NCBI GenBank assembly: GCA_951406725.2
Contig: OX597815.1
Span: 75,144,001-75,208,000, forward strand
From: Octopus vulgaris
Taxonomy: Eukaryota
Length of the DNA: 64,000 nucleotides
Direction of reading: 5' to 3'
Within the stretch, counting starts at the first letter, position 1. Every line of letters begins with the position of its first letter. This document shows, piece after piece, positions 26,313-39,389 of the stretch. Under the pieces are notes generated by a model, which had not been told where the DNA came from, ran no database searches, and saw nothing but the letters and a program-made list of their open reading frames with translations. A program made the translations under genes and the position numbers.

Positions 26313-26313
<1 letters not shown>
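23609..26313 (-). mobile_element. Internally deleted Penelope-like element with pseudo-LTRs and a 5' inverted segment
   Basis: Disrupted ORF ~25820-24460 (GTAM..APTF, WKRYQDDCF, LPFLD, HPKHTKINIPF, GIY-YIG LIYVLKCGWCGGDYIGQT); direct repeats 23609-23909 and 25847-26131; inverted partial copy 26211-26313. Confidence 0.85.
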
Positions 26314-26346
<33 letters not shown>

Positions 26347-27519
26347 GTAGGCATATACATGCACATACACACACACACACGCACGCACAAGCATGCACAC
26401 ACTTACACACACGCGCGCATGCGCATGCACGCGCACTTTTCGGTAAAAAGGTCGGTACTAACTTAACGGCTTATTAGCCTTTATCATACGACGGTTTGCT
26501 AGCTGGAACTTCAAAGTAACTGTTAAACTTTTCCTGAAAAATTATTAAAAAGTGTACTCTACTGAAAAAACAACGAGACACATACACACACATTATATAT
26601 ATGATTGTATTTATATATGTGTGTATGTGTGTAAGCGATGTGTATATGTATGCGTTGTGTATGTATGTAAGTGTGCATCTGAGTGAATGAGTGTGTGTGT
26701 GCGAGTGTGCATATGCGTGTGTGCACGCATAGGGTATGGGGATAACCGGACGTACATCCGATTCCTCCCTTCAGAAACTGTGTGAACATAAACATATACA
26801 TCCACACACAATCATGCGCACAAATAGGAATTTTACATACTAACGATGTTTTACATACTAATGAGTAGATACATCGTTAAATTTTATTTTAGTGTGCTAA
26901 AAAAAAAGAGAAAAATTATGTGCAAAATAACTGAAAATCAAAAGCCGGAAATGGCGAGACTTAAATACGAAATGAAAAAATAAATAAATTATCGTTGAAA
27001 AATTATTATCATTCTAAAAACTATTAATTTAATTTTTATTTTAAGCAAAAACAATAAAACTTAATGTAAAAATAAATGCCGAAACTAGTGAAATAAACAT
27101 CAATGTTGCTTTACCTTGCACAGAAACAGCACGAGGTACTTAAAGATGTTACAAGCTGTTTTTGATGTTGACTAAAGCCATGACAGAAGCTGGAAATCCT
27201 TTTGTATCTTCAGCGGGCATCTCATGGTCACAAGCCTCCATGACTTGCCTGAGTGAGGCAGCGAAGACAGAATTAGCTTTTGATGCAAAAGGGTTCCATC
27301 TGCGATCTCTTATCAACCACAGTTACCCAGAACAGGTTTTAACCATTTGCATGTTCAAAGCGTTTTCATAAGTTTGTCTAAAACCTCCATGTTTGCTTCT
27401 AGACTTTAAGTTAGTCCTTGTTCCATACTTTTTGTGAAATATAAAGCTTCCCCTTCTGACAGTTGAAAACAAACTGGAAATGTGTATCATATATTATGCA
27501 TGGACGCCAAGGAAATATC

Positions 27520-27560
27520 CTGTGTATCACATGCGATACACAGGACAAGCTAAGGGTTAA
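27520..27560 (-). mobile_element. Possible piggyBac-type terminus
   Basis: Minus strand reads TTAA-CCCTTAGC..., with a subterminal palindrome cctgtgtatcacatgcgatacacagg; no partner end found. Confidence 0.3.
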
Positions 27561-27709
27561 CTGCTATGGCTATTATTTCCTTAGTAGCTTTCTTCAGTTG
27601 CTTAGGTTCCGAACCTATCTATATAGATAGCACTTGAAAAGAAACAATATCTACAATATATTTATATTTCAAGTGAAATACAATATTCAGATTTTTAAAT
27701 ATCTTTTAC

Positions 27710-27953
27710 CTTTTACATGTTTCAGTCATTAGAATGTGGCCATACTAGAGCATCGTTTGAGTAACATTTAGTCAAATGAATCGATTCCAGTACTTATTGT
27801 TTATAAACTTCATTTTTATTCTATCGGTCTATTTTGCCGAACTGCTAATTTACAGGGACGTAGACACACCAACACAAGTTGTCAAGTAGTGGTAGGGGAC
27901 AAACACAGAACCATGTGCGTGGATTTGGTAGACGAAAACTGAAAGAAGTCTAT

Positions 27954-27955
<2 letters not shown>
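27710..27955. mobile_element. Rearranged SINE family B fragments
   Basis: Minus-strand tail (tttcagtcattag..ggccat) followed by plus-strand gtggatttggtagacgaaaactgaaagaag. Confidence 0.6.
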
Positions 27956-28000
<45 letters not shown>

Positions 28001-28177
28001 AATGAAAGACAGAAGATGGAATATACGAGAATGTATTAATCACGACAATTGTTTCGACACATCTAGCATCGATACCGTGCATTACCAGTAAGTTACCAGG
28101 TGTAAACAATTCGTTTTATTATCCATTATATATATATATATGTATGTATATATATATATATACAATGTGGTATTGCG

Positions 28178-29374
28178 ATGGGTACCAAGGCTGAACCAGT
28201 CCTTGCGAACCTCATAATGGGTTTCTTCGAACTATCACTCTATGAGATATCACGTCAGAAATTTGAACATGTTTTCCACACCTACCTAATGGAAAACTGG
28301 AAAAGGTATTTGGATGATTGTTTCATCATATGGAAAGAATCTTATGAAAAGCTTCTGGAATTCAAAACCATACTGAACAACATACATTCCAACACCCAAT
28401 TCACTATGGAATTCAGCAAACATCATCTCCCTTTCCTTGATCTCCTAATTATAAAAACACCTAAGAAGCAAATCATAACAGACATCTACCACAAACCTAC
28501 AGACTCACAACAATACCTCCTCTTTAGTTCATGCCACCCAAAACACACCAAGACAAATATCCCTTTCAACTTAGCTAAAAGGGTATGCACCATTGTCTCG
28601 GATCCAAAAACTCGAGAAATACGCCTTCAAGACCTCAAAAAAACATTATTACAACGCCAATATCCCTCCACCCTTATAGAGTATGGAATAAAACGCGCCA
28701 AAGAACTAGACATTACACTGAAAACCACCCAACCCAACAACACACACAACCCCAAAATACTTCCATACATTTCCACCCACAACCCCAAAAACATCGAAGC
28801 ATACACCACAATCATACAAAACCTCAGTCTACTGTCAACAGACCCAAAAATGAAAAACATTATAAATACACACAAAATCCTCAAATGTAAAAGGCAACAC
28901 AAATCTTTAAAAAAACTCTTGACAAATGCCAAACTTCACACACCACATCCACCCCCAGTAGTTAAAAAATGTGCACGCCCAAACTGTGGCACCTGCCCCT
29001 TCCTACTTGAAGGCTCTGAATTTATCTTCAAACAAAGAGCGAAGTTTAAAATCAAGACCAACTTCTCCTGTTCCTCCGAGAACCTTATCTACGTTCTCAC
29101 ATGCGCCGGTTGCCAACATAATTATGTTGGACAAACGAGCCTCCCTTTACGTAAAAGAGTAGCGGTGCATAAAGAACAAATAAATCTCCCGGAATACCGG
29201 CAAATCCCACTGAGTGACCTCATAGACTCATGCGCTAATGACAAAAATCCTAAATTCTACATATTCCCCTTCTACCAATGTAAAGACGGAATCACCACAC
29301 AGGAGAGAATTAACAAGGAGAATCTCTTTATTGAAAAATTCAAAACGCATCTTAATATGCAAACTCCTCGTTGA
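28178..29374 (+). CDS. PLE polyprotein C-terminal half (reverse transcriptase, thumb, GIY-YIG endonuclease), 398 aa open
   Basis: GIAMGT..ANLIMG, WKRYLDDCF, LPFLD, YHKPTD, C..C..C zinc motif and LIYVLTCAGCQHNYVGQT...R...H; the N-terminus is missing, so it is unlikely to be functional alone. Confidence 0.9.
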   Translation: MGTKAEPVLANLIMGFFELSLYEISRQKFEHVFHTYLMENWKRYLDDCFIIWKESYEKLLEFKTILNNIHSNTQFTMEFSKHHLPFLDLLIIKTPKKQIITDIYHKPTDSQQYLLFSSCHPKHTKTNIPFNLAKRVCTIVSDPKTREIRLQDLKKTLLQRQYPSTLIEYGIKRAKELDITLKTTQPNNTHNPKILPYISTHNPKNIEAYTTIIQNLSLLSTDPKMKNIINTHKILKCKRQHKSLKKLLTNAKLHTPHPPPVVKKCARPNCGTCPFLLEGSEFIFKQRAKFKIKTNFSCSSENLIYVLTCAGCQHNYVGQTSLPLRKRVAVHKEQINLPEYRQIPLSDLIDSCANDKNPKFYIFPFYQCKDGITTQERINKENLFIEKFKTHLNMQTPR

Positions 29375-29992
29375 TCATACTTCTTTTTTCTAGCTCATTC
29401 TTCATGGATGGACTAACACAAATATATAAGGATACCATGCAGTCATCACTTCAAGCTAAAACTTATATTCTTTAATTATCCTTATTATTATTGTTGTTAT
29501 TATTAGTATTATTATTTTTTATTATATATGACAACAATCTGAAATGTAATTATAAATTGGTTTATGTAAATTTATATAATTAGAAAACAATATAAATAAA
29601 GTGTTAAAATCTGAATGTTAAGTTAGCAAACAATTATATAAAAAAAGATAATGCAAATGATAACTTTATAATTTAAGGATTATTAACACCCTTTATTACA
29701 AAAAATTGATAAGCCCAAATTGAAGAGCTTAAAACCCATAGAGTTGTCTCCCCTTATTCACAGGAACTACTTCCTGTTTTGCCATTCACTTAAGAGACAT
29801 TCTTAATTAAATTAAACAGCACAAGGTATTTTTTCAAGAACTATCATTAAACTCAAGATACACAAAGACTTTACAATGTATCGGAGTACCTACTTTTTAA
29901 TTTTTGTATATATTTATTATTACTTTTTTGAAAAAAACAATGTAATTTTCTTTTTTCCCCCTTCTCAAATTAAAAAAAATATTTTTCTTTAC

Positions 29993-30034
29993 AATTCTTG
30001 AAAAGTCACATTATGACGAAAACCGGTTTGAATT
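29993..30034 (+). ncRNA. Degenerate hammerhead at the PLE 3' end
   Basis: AAUUC-UUGAAAA-GUCA-CAUUA-UGAC-GAAA-ACCGGU-UU-GAAUU; stems I and II and the palindrome are intact, core altered. Confidence 0.5.
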
Positions 30035-30233
30035 AATATATATATATATATATATATATTATCAATTTTTCAAAATTTTCCATACACCCATTTTCATTAA
30101 AATTTTCTTTCAAATTAGCATTCTGCCTTTTTATAATTTTTCCTTGCCTATCATTTCTCCACGTGCAGTCAACACAACCCCACCATTTATTGATTTATAT
30201 ATATACATATATATATACACGCGCATGCATACA

Positions 30234-30306
<73 letters not shown>

Positions 30307-30708
30307 ACAGCTTCAAACTGTTTTAAGAATCAAGAATTTTCTAAAATTTCCAAGCCGTTAAGGAAAATACAGTCCGCTGTTAAGAGACAGGATGACAACT
30401 TTGGACACGTGTTTCTGCCTCGAATGGTGGCATCAGAACAGCAGTTGTGCCACTTCGTCCCCAGGAGACGGGGTAAATAGACATATACTGGAAACAGTAG
30501 AATTACACACAGATACACACACACAAACACACATGTATATATTTGTGTTTGCGTGTGCGCGCGAGTGGATACATGTATGTATGTATGTATGTAGAAGCTG
30601 CTCTATAGTGTAAACATCATCGATGTTAACAACATACATTATGTGATATCAATAATATATGAATATATATGTATATATACATATGTATATATATATATAC
30701 ATATATAC

Positions 30709-30777
<69 letters not shown>

Positions 30778-31423
30778 TATGTGTGTGTGTATATATCTAT
30801 CTTTATTCCATACTATCTAGTTGTATTCCTGACGTTTGAATTTATCCTCCTTTTCCTGCTTAACCTCCCCCACCACACCTTTTTCATTTTCCCACCATGT
30901 AACCACCTAAATCAGGCGATATTCGTCATTAGATATTGAGGTCTTCTAACTGATGCAGCAGCGTGATAAAGGTCGCGTCTAATGAAGCCGTCACGTGACA
31001 CCTGTCACCAAACACCTTGATTACTGGTTGTGTGTGAAATAACGCTTCGTTACTGTCGCATCAGCCAACGTATATAGTTTATTCAAACAAATCAAGATTG
31101 TTCAACGCTAATATATGTTTCTTCTTCCATGGTACCGGAATGAAAGAAAAAGAAAAGAAAAAAGGCCCAATAAAAGCGCCAAAACGAAGAGCAAGTCTAT
31201 CATAGCCATTACCGTTTCAAACACTGCCAGTACCATATTTACTTCAGTTAAAGTTACAACGATAACGGAGCCTCTTACATGGTTACTCAACTCGCTAGAA
31301 ACAGCAGCCATTTCTGCATTAAACTGCACTGCCATTATGTTATCAAAAGGAAGAAAATAATGCCAGTTTCGTTTCTATGTGTGTGTGCGCACGTATATAT
31401 GTGTATATATGTGTGTGTATATT

Positions 31424-31490
<67 letters not shown>

Positions 31491-31909
31491 ATACATACAT
31501 ATATATATATATATGTTCATATATACATATACGAATATACATACACACACACATATATATGAATATATGTACGTCTGTATATATGTACATAAATACGTAC
31601 AGACGTACTTTTGTACGTGTACATACATACACGCATGCATGCATGCATACATACATACATACATACATACATACATACATACATACATACATACATACAT
31701 ACATACATTCATACATACATACATACATACATACATACATACATACATACATACATACATACATACATACATACATACATACGTACATATGCACATATGA
31801 AAATGGGATTGCTGACCCTCGTCATATGTCTCTGCTCGATCAGGCTGATCTAGAGACTATGCAACAACGTTGTAACTACAATAACAAGAACAACAACCAC
31901 AACAGATGC

Positions 31910-32040
<131 letters not shown>

Positions 32041-33324
32041 CTGCTAGTACTACTACTGCTGCTGCTACTACTACTATTACTACCATATCAATTATTGTTG
32101 TTAACACCACCACCACCACCACCACCACTACCACCACCTCCATTGTTGTCATACTATATCAAAAACACCAAACAGAATTATTAGTGCTATTCTCTTAAAT
32201 TGAGGCCATTTCTTGCATTATCATCACTCACTGCAACATCTACTGTGACCATCATCATCCCCGCCATCATCACTACCACCACCAAATTAGCCACCTATAC
32301 CATTAACTACTGACTTCGTCACCACCACTGACACTAACTCCACAAACACAACTACTACCAACAACAACAACACCAGCACCACCATCACCAGCACAACGAC
32401 CACCACCACTAACACCAATACTAACACCACCAACAATAACAATAGCACCACCACTACCACAGGCTGCTAATACTACCCAAGCCATCACTATATATGTTAC
32501 CGTAGTAACTGGGACAACAAGCAGAGTGCTCCAATGATGACGGTGACGTCGACGTCGACATTCACCCGCCGCCCTCGCCATCACAACCATTATACGACCA
32601 ACTTCGCCTCCAGCATTGCCAAAACCGCCGTTAACGCTATGCCATCAGCGCACTGCTTGTCATTGTCCTCAAATTATCATTTGTTTCAAGGTGATCAACA
32701 TCTTCATCATGGTCCAAAAAAAACAAAAAAACTAACCATCATCGTCATCGTTGTCGTTATTGTCATGGTTATCATTATCAATGCCATTCCTATCCTCCTC
32801 TTCCCCCTCCGCATCCTCCTCCTCATCATCATCATCATCGTCACCATACAGAGATTGTTGGCGTCATCGTTTACACTCTTGATGTTGATGTATCTATCTA
32901 TCTATCATCGTTGAATTTTCTCTAATGAACTACAAAATTCCATCTATTTGCCAGTGTCTTTAGCGAAGGTATTCTAATAGACTTTTAATGCACTCATCTT
33001 TCATTCCTTCTACGGAATTAACAGCTGAGCTACTGTGATGGCTTTCTTTTTGGTTTTTCTTGTCAGAAATCATTATTTTTCAATGCATTTTTCACTTCGG
33101 GGTGTCGTTTGTACTCAAGGTCATTCGATCGATTAACTATCTTTGACTTGGCTGTTCTGGCGTTAGTGGTGTTGGTGGTGGAAGATGTGGTGGGGTGTCT
33201 TCAAGTGATTCATGAAATAAGACTTGCTTGGAAATTATCATCACCGTCCTCATCGTTGCCGTTGTTCACATCATCATCATCGCCGCCGTCGTCGACGTGA
33301 TCACCATCATCGGCAGCAACTGCA

Positions 33325-33694
33325 TTATTATCTCCGCCTTAGCGAAGGCGGAGGTATTGTTTTCAGTCGTGTTTGTTTGTTTATCCGTGGACAAGATGTC
33401 CACTGAACCGCTGGAGAGATTCGGATGAAACTTTCAGTGATGTTTGGCCTCGTAACTGGCACGAACAGATTATATTTTGGGGTCTATTGGGTACTGAACA
33501 AGGATTCTGGATTATTTTTCCGTTTTTCTTTTTACTTAATTTTTGAGAGCGGTCGGGTTCATTTTTAGAATTCTCGTTTGTGAGAGCAGTCGAGTTTCGT
33601 TTCAGATATTCTCATTTTAAAAATCATCGGCTTATTGTTGAGAGGACGTTGATGTTGCCTTGGCGTTGGCTTGCGCTCTCTGAGTGTTCTTGTT
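33325..33694 (+). mobile_element. Helentron-associated non-autonomous element (HINE/DINE-1-like)
   Basis: 5' TTATTATCTCCGCC with nearby inverted GGCGGAGGT, a short (GTTT)n tract, and a 3' hairpin GCGCTC-TCT-GAGTGT ending in TT. Confidence 0.75.
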
Positions 33695-35214
33695 AAGGTT
33701 ATTATTGTCATTGTCGTTCTCGTCGTTGTGGTCCTTATGCGACTCACCCACTCCCTGCGCCTTTCATCTTCCCTTTCTTTCATTAGTATTCATATTATTT
33801 GGCGCCCTTACAAAGTACTTTTCTGAAATACCCTGGCAGTGATACGGTATTCAGTCTCTAGTTTCTAAGTTCAAATTCCGCTTGAACCGACATTGCCGCC
33901 CTTCCCTTCGGTGTTGATAAAACCATAGTAGTAATAGAAATTACAATATAAAATAAGAAAAAAATATGGGAAGCGCAGTATATATGAATAATAACGGTGC
34001 CAGGAATCTTTGGATATTCCTCAGAGATCTATGGATATTCCCCAGCTTATTTCAAAACTTCACTGAAGCCAAGACAACATCTGTTGAAACTTTTAATAAA
34101 AACTAAAAAATGCAAAAGAACAGGAATCTCTTATTCTGATTCTCTGTTGGTCTTTCAAAGATAGTTTCCTAACAGTCTATTTCTGAGTAAAATTGGCCTT
34201 TGAATGCGTCATTCGTGCCAGATCCTAACCTCTTGGAGATTTAGTCTGAACCAATTTTGCCCATGCTCCGTTCGAGGTCGATGAATATAGTCATCTGGCC
34301 AGGGCAAGGAGTAGCAGAACTACCAGAACGTTGAACGAGATGCTTTGTGCTACCTGTTCAAAACTATTTTGTTCAAAATCTACCGAGGTACTGACGTTTG
34401 TGACCAGTCATCTGTTCACGAGAGTACCCTGTTTATCCTGCAATTAATGAGTGTGAATAAGGACAGGTTGACCTACAACAGTATAGATAAGCAAGTAAAA
34501 GTATACAGTGGCTTTCATCTATGATCGACAACAGTTGAATGGAATGAAATTTATCAGGTTGGAGTATTGTGGTTACAGTTTTCAGGCAACATGTCACAAA
34601 TATCGTGTGTTTAGTTTCAGTATGATCAACCTAAATAGCAGTTTTTAGAGGGGAGCCACTGAAAACTGAAGATGTAGTTTACAACACGAATCTTTCGCTG
34701 AGGCCGCAGTTTACAACTTAGTTTGGCGGGTATTGACGGGTGGTTTGCTTACGTCCATGTAACTTAGCAGTTCTGCAAACAGTGATCTACAAAATAAATA
34801 TCAGGCTTACAATAAATACTGACGTCAATTTGTTCGACTGAATCCTTCGATGCGTTACCCCATTATAGCCGCAGTCCAAAGAGTTAAAATGCGAAAATTT
34901 TATCAAAATTCTAAACGTAACATTTTGATAATTGCATGTGATTTATTAAATAACAAATGTAAGTACTCAGTTTACCGTGCAGATTTTTCCCTGGGACCGC
35001 AAATTATTAGGAGGGTATCGACGGGTGATATTGCAAATAATATATGTTGTGAGGAATTAAAAAGAAAATTAGGTTGTTTTTTTTTTAGAATTAATAAGTA
35101 ATTGGTAATAGAAAGTGATTCTTGAAAGAGTTGGTACAGTAAAAGAGGCTCATGTACAGGGCGATGTATTAGATGCGTTGTCAGGAATAATGATTTCTGA
35201 TTATTTCTTTGGCA

Positions 35215-35560
35215 AAGGCTGTGAACTGACAGAATCGTTAGCGCGTCAAGCAAAATGCTTAGTGGACATTTTTTCCAGGTTTTCACATTATGAGTTCAAA
35301 TACCACTGAGTGCGACTTTATCTTTTATCATTTCAGAGCGATAAAATACATACCAGTTCAGCATTGTTGTCAATGTAATCGATCCCACCCACCTAAATTA
35401 CTCACCTTGTGCTAAAGTTTGAAAGAATTATGTCTTTAATATTAAACACGGAGATAGGTAGTGAGCTGGCAGAAACATTAGCACGCTGGGCAAAATGCTT
35501 AACGGTGTTTCGTCTGTCTTTACGTTCTGAGTTCAAATTCCGCCGAGGTTGACTTTGCTT
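35215..35560 (+). mobile_element. Two SINE family A copies
   Basis: 35215-35425 and 35455-35560, with gagctggcagaa and gagttcaaat boxes. Confidence 0.7.
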
Positions 35561-35889
35561 ATGAATGACAAGGACTTGAAGTAAAGAAAATATTGAACAG
35601 TAGTAAGGGGGAAAAAAATTTGGAGCCAGAGGGTTTACCGTATGAACTCCGTTAGAAATCATGAGATTTACTTGTTTCTGTATTAGTTGGTTTGTGCTGC
35701 AACTGGCACTATACTTGAAGCATTCTCAGTTGCATAGCCTGATGGAGATTCACTATGGTGGTATGGGATTCACTATGATTCACTATGGGAGATTCACTAA
35801 GGTGATATGAGAACGTGATATTGTGATAAGCACGTGATATGAGGTACCTAGTGAATAACATAGGTTCCCAAATATGTTAAACATAGGTG

Positions 35890-36150
35890 CCTAAACAGAA
35901 TTAAAGATTTTGACCAAGATGCTAGCTAAGAGGTTAGAAAAAGTCCTTCGCAACGTCATCAGACCCGCGCAGACTTGTGAGGTTTCTGAAAAGTTTATTT
36001 ATTGCAAGCTTTGCCTCACGTAATTCACTACAGAAAGGGCAAGAAATGCAATTGGATTAGAAGGGGCTTTGATAAATTTATATCAACGGATAGCATTTGA
36101 AATGGTTGTCCATCTGTACATGGTACTTGCCCATCTGTACTTGGTACCCA
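35890..36150 (+). pseudogene. Highly decayed L1/Tx1-group RT fragment
   Basis: ELKILTKMLAKRLEKVLRNVIRPAQTC..ALINLYQRIAFEMVVH resembles RT domains 1-3 (KILAK.LA.RL..QT..LDQ.KAFDRVDH). Confidence 0.5.
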
Positions 36151-37797
36151 TCTTCAAGGCTTTGATAACTATATTACTTTTTAGTGGTCAGAGTAAAAGC
36201 TTAAAATTGGTGTAACATGAAATATTGAATGGAAGAAAGATTAAACAATACAAGTTGGGTTTTCAATAATTCTATATAGGAAGAAATAGCCCCAAGTCGG
36301 TCATCATTTGTAATAGTACAGAGGTCCCGCTTAAGTATCACAGGTTCTTGTTCAGTCAGAACTTCCAAGAGGATAAGAATTGGCGCAAATGACGCATTCT
36401 AAGGCCAATTTTTTGCCCAGAAGTAGAGTGACAGGAAATTATCTTCGTAAGACCATGGGAGATACGAACCCCTACATTACGTTATTGGGGTACACGGGCT
36501 TGGCTGTTACCTTATTTTAAAGAACAGAGAACCAGAATAAGAGATTTCTACTGTTTTGCATTTTCTGATTTCTTTATTAAAAATGTTCCATCAACCGTTA
36601 TCTTCGCTCCAGTGAGGTTTTGAAATTAGCTGGGGAATATCCAAAGATTCCTGGCACCGTTGTTATTGACAGTGTAGTTACCTCTCATATATACTGCGCT
36701 TCCCATATTTCTTTCTTGTTTTATATTAGAAATTCCATTACTACAATGGCTTTGGTTTCTTCTTATTTACGATGCAGGACAGTAGAGACCGTAGTAATAA
36801 TTATTTTATAGTATATTAGTCCATTTCTTTTCTCGGTTTTTTCATTTTAATCTTAGCCGATATTTCATTTATATACCTCCAGTCGCATGGAATGTATGTG
36901 CTCTTCACACAAAAGAGGATTGATTTAATCAGCTACACAGCCCTCCCACTAATTTTGGCCTTGTACTTAATTATAAGTTACACGAGTGTTCAGTAAATTG
37001 GTGGATCTGGTTTAGATAATTAGACTGCAGGCGTCATATTTTATTATCTTTTGATTGGTTTCCCAATAGTAGATAAAATAAGTATCAGTAATACACCACT
37101 GTATTCCATTCAGTAAGCACACACGCACACACACTCGGGCGCGCAGGCACAAACACACGCACACACGCGCACCCCCTCTCTCTTTGTCTTGCGAAAGATA
37201 TTCTGTCTAGTCAAGCAAAATCAATAGTTAATAAACTCTAGTGAAATATGGCTGGAAGATATTAAGATATTAGCTATTTGATATTTTAATATATTTCTGT
37301 CACAATATACATTATTATATTAGGATAAATTTTTACGACATTGTACTGTAAAAGATGTATATGAAAGTCCAGTATCACGGTGTGTGTGTGTGCGAGTGTG
37401 TATGTGCGCGTGTATGTTTGCGTATGTATATATATATTTGTGCATGTGTGTATCTGTGTGTATGTGTGTGAGAGTGGAGTGTTCATGGTGTTATGCCGAC
37501 GGGTGAAACTGGAATTTGGTAGATAGAAATTGTGTAGAAGCACGATATATATTAATTAATTATTTTTGTTTTTACTCTTCAGACATTGGATTGCGGCCAT
37601 GCTGGGGCAGGTCTTTAAAGAAGAGTTTAATGGGTCATATCAACCACAGTAAATATTTCATTAAGGTATTTATTTTATTGATTTCTTTTTGTTGAACCAC
37701 TAGTTTACAAAACATAAAGGGATACAAATTTTGCTGAACACCGGTGCAATGGAATCATAAACGCAAGCACAAACACGGACACAGATACATACATACA

Positions 37798-37914
<117 letters not shown>

Positions 37915-37916
37915 AG

Positions 37917-38536
37917 AGGCTTCCAAATAGGAAAGCATTGTGCTAGAAAGAGCTGTAGAAATCTCAAAAACCACAAAAAAAAGGATAAATTCTCGAAAGG
38001 AATGAAAATTAAACGTTTACCATCTCAACTATTTCCCAGGCCATGGTTTCTAACTATTTCTAGCAAAAAAATATTCGCTGAAGGCCAGTTTTCATCAGTA
38101 GGATAGCCTTTAGATTTCAGACACACAGACAGCCAGATCCACATGTAGAATTAACGGTTTCAAACCACTGCGCAGACGCAGATTATACCCTATGTATCAT
38201 GTTTAAATATTGTTTGATAGATTTGTTCGAAATTTTTACCGGCATCCTCTCTGTCGCCGGGTATAATCTGCGTCTGCGCAGTGGTTTGAAAAGTTAGGAT
38301 ATACAAACCGCTAGTTCTACATGTGGATCTGGCTGTCTGTGTGTCTGAAATCTAAATGAAAACTGGCCTTCAGCGAATATTTTTTTGCTGGAAATAGTTA
38401 GAAACCATGGTCTGGGAAATAGTTGAGATGGTAAACGTTTTTAATTTTCATTCCTTTCGAGAATTTATTCTTTTTTTTGTGGTTTTTGAGATTTCTACTG
38501 CTCTTTCTAGCACAACGCTTTCCTATTTGGAAGCCT
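37917..38536. mobile_element. Foldback MITE with ~275-bp inverted arms, inside a family B SINE
   Basis: 37917-38190 is the reverse complement of 38259-38536 apart from small indels; ends AGGCTTCCAAATAGG / CCTATTTGGAAGCCT; SINE halves at 37575-37790 and 38540-38650. Confidence 0.9.
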
Positions 38537-39389
38537 ATTTGGTTTCCATCTGACAAATTATACTCACAAAGCATTTGTCAGCCTGAAGCTATAATAGAAG
38601 ACACTTTTATAAGACAAGCGCAATGAAATCGAACCCAGAATAATGTGGTGTTCCATGGCAGCCTAATTTCAGTAGGGCTAATCAAAATACATGTTTTTAC
38701 TTCTGAATTTCTTAATCACACGGTTGTGTGTGTGTGTGTATTTGTGTGCGTGTGCGTGCGTGAGGGTATCTTTGTGTTCGTATTTTGACACTAGGTATTG
38801 CTTAGCAGCAGGTGTTACTTTGTTTACGTCTCCGTAACTTAGAGCCCAATAGAATAAGTACCAGATTTAAAATAAGTACTGGGGTTGATTTCTTTGACTT
38901 AAGACCCCAAGGCAGTGTGTCAAAAGGACCGCCGTTCAAAGAGCGAATCAAATAAAAAGATGAAAGAACGTGAAAAATAAGCAAAAATTCTAACGTAACA
39001 TTTTTATAACTTTACGTCATTTATGAAATACAAAATGTAAACGGATTCATTAAAGCTATTCTGTCTCAAAATTCCATCTGTTTTTGCGTTTTATGAAGTG
39101 TAACATTGGAGCAGGGATGTCTGAAAAACCTCCCACTCTTGTTGTTGCGATGCATTTAAGCTAGTGAAGTCAGACTGGCAGTAACGGCGTCTTCATGTAG
39201 GTAATGTTTTATCGGTGTTTACATTCTTCTAGTTAGCCTCATGGTTTGAAGAGGTGCACCTCGGGCATTTGATGTTAAAAAATTTATCAACCTGTAAAAG
39301 AAAGGAAGCTTTTTTGCCACATCCTGTTGTATTACTCCTAACAACATGACATTGATAACAAAAACAACAATAGCCATAATGGTTTCTGG

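Larger units (their letters stand above)
28163..30034 (+). mobile_element. 5'-truncated Penelope-like retroelement between (TA)n tracts
   Basis: RT + GIY-YIG ORF, AT-rich 3' region and a terminal HHR-like motif. Confidence 0.9.

Noticed and set aside
27114-27430. Minus-strand host exon ending at CAAG|GTAAAG
   Set aside because: The frames checked contain stops and no recognisable protein; more likely a transposon interior.
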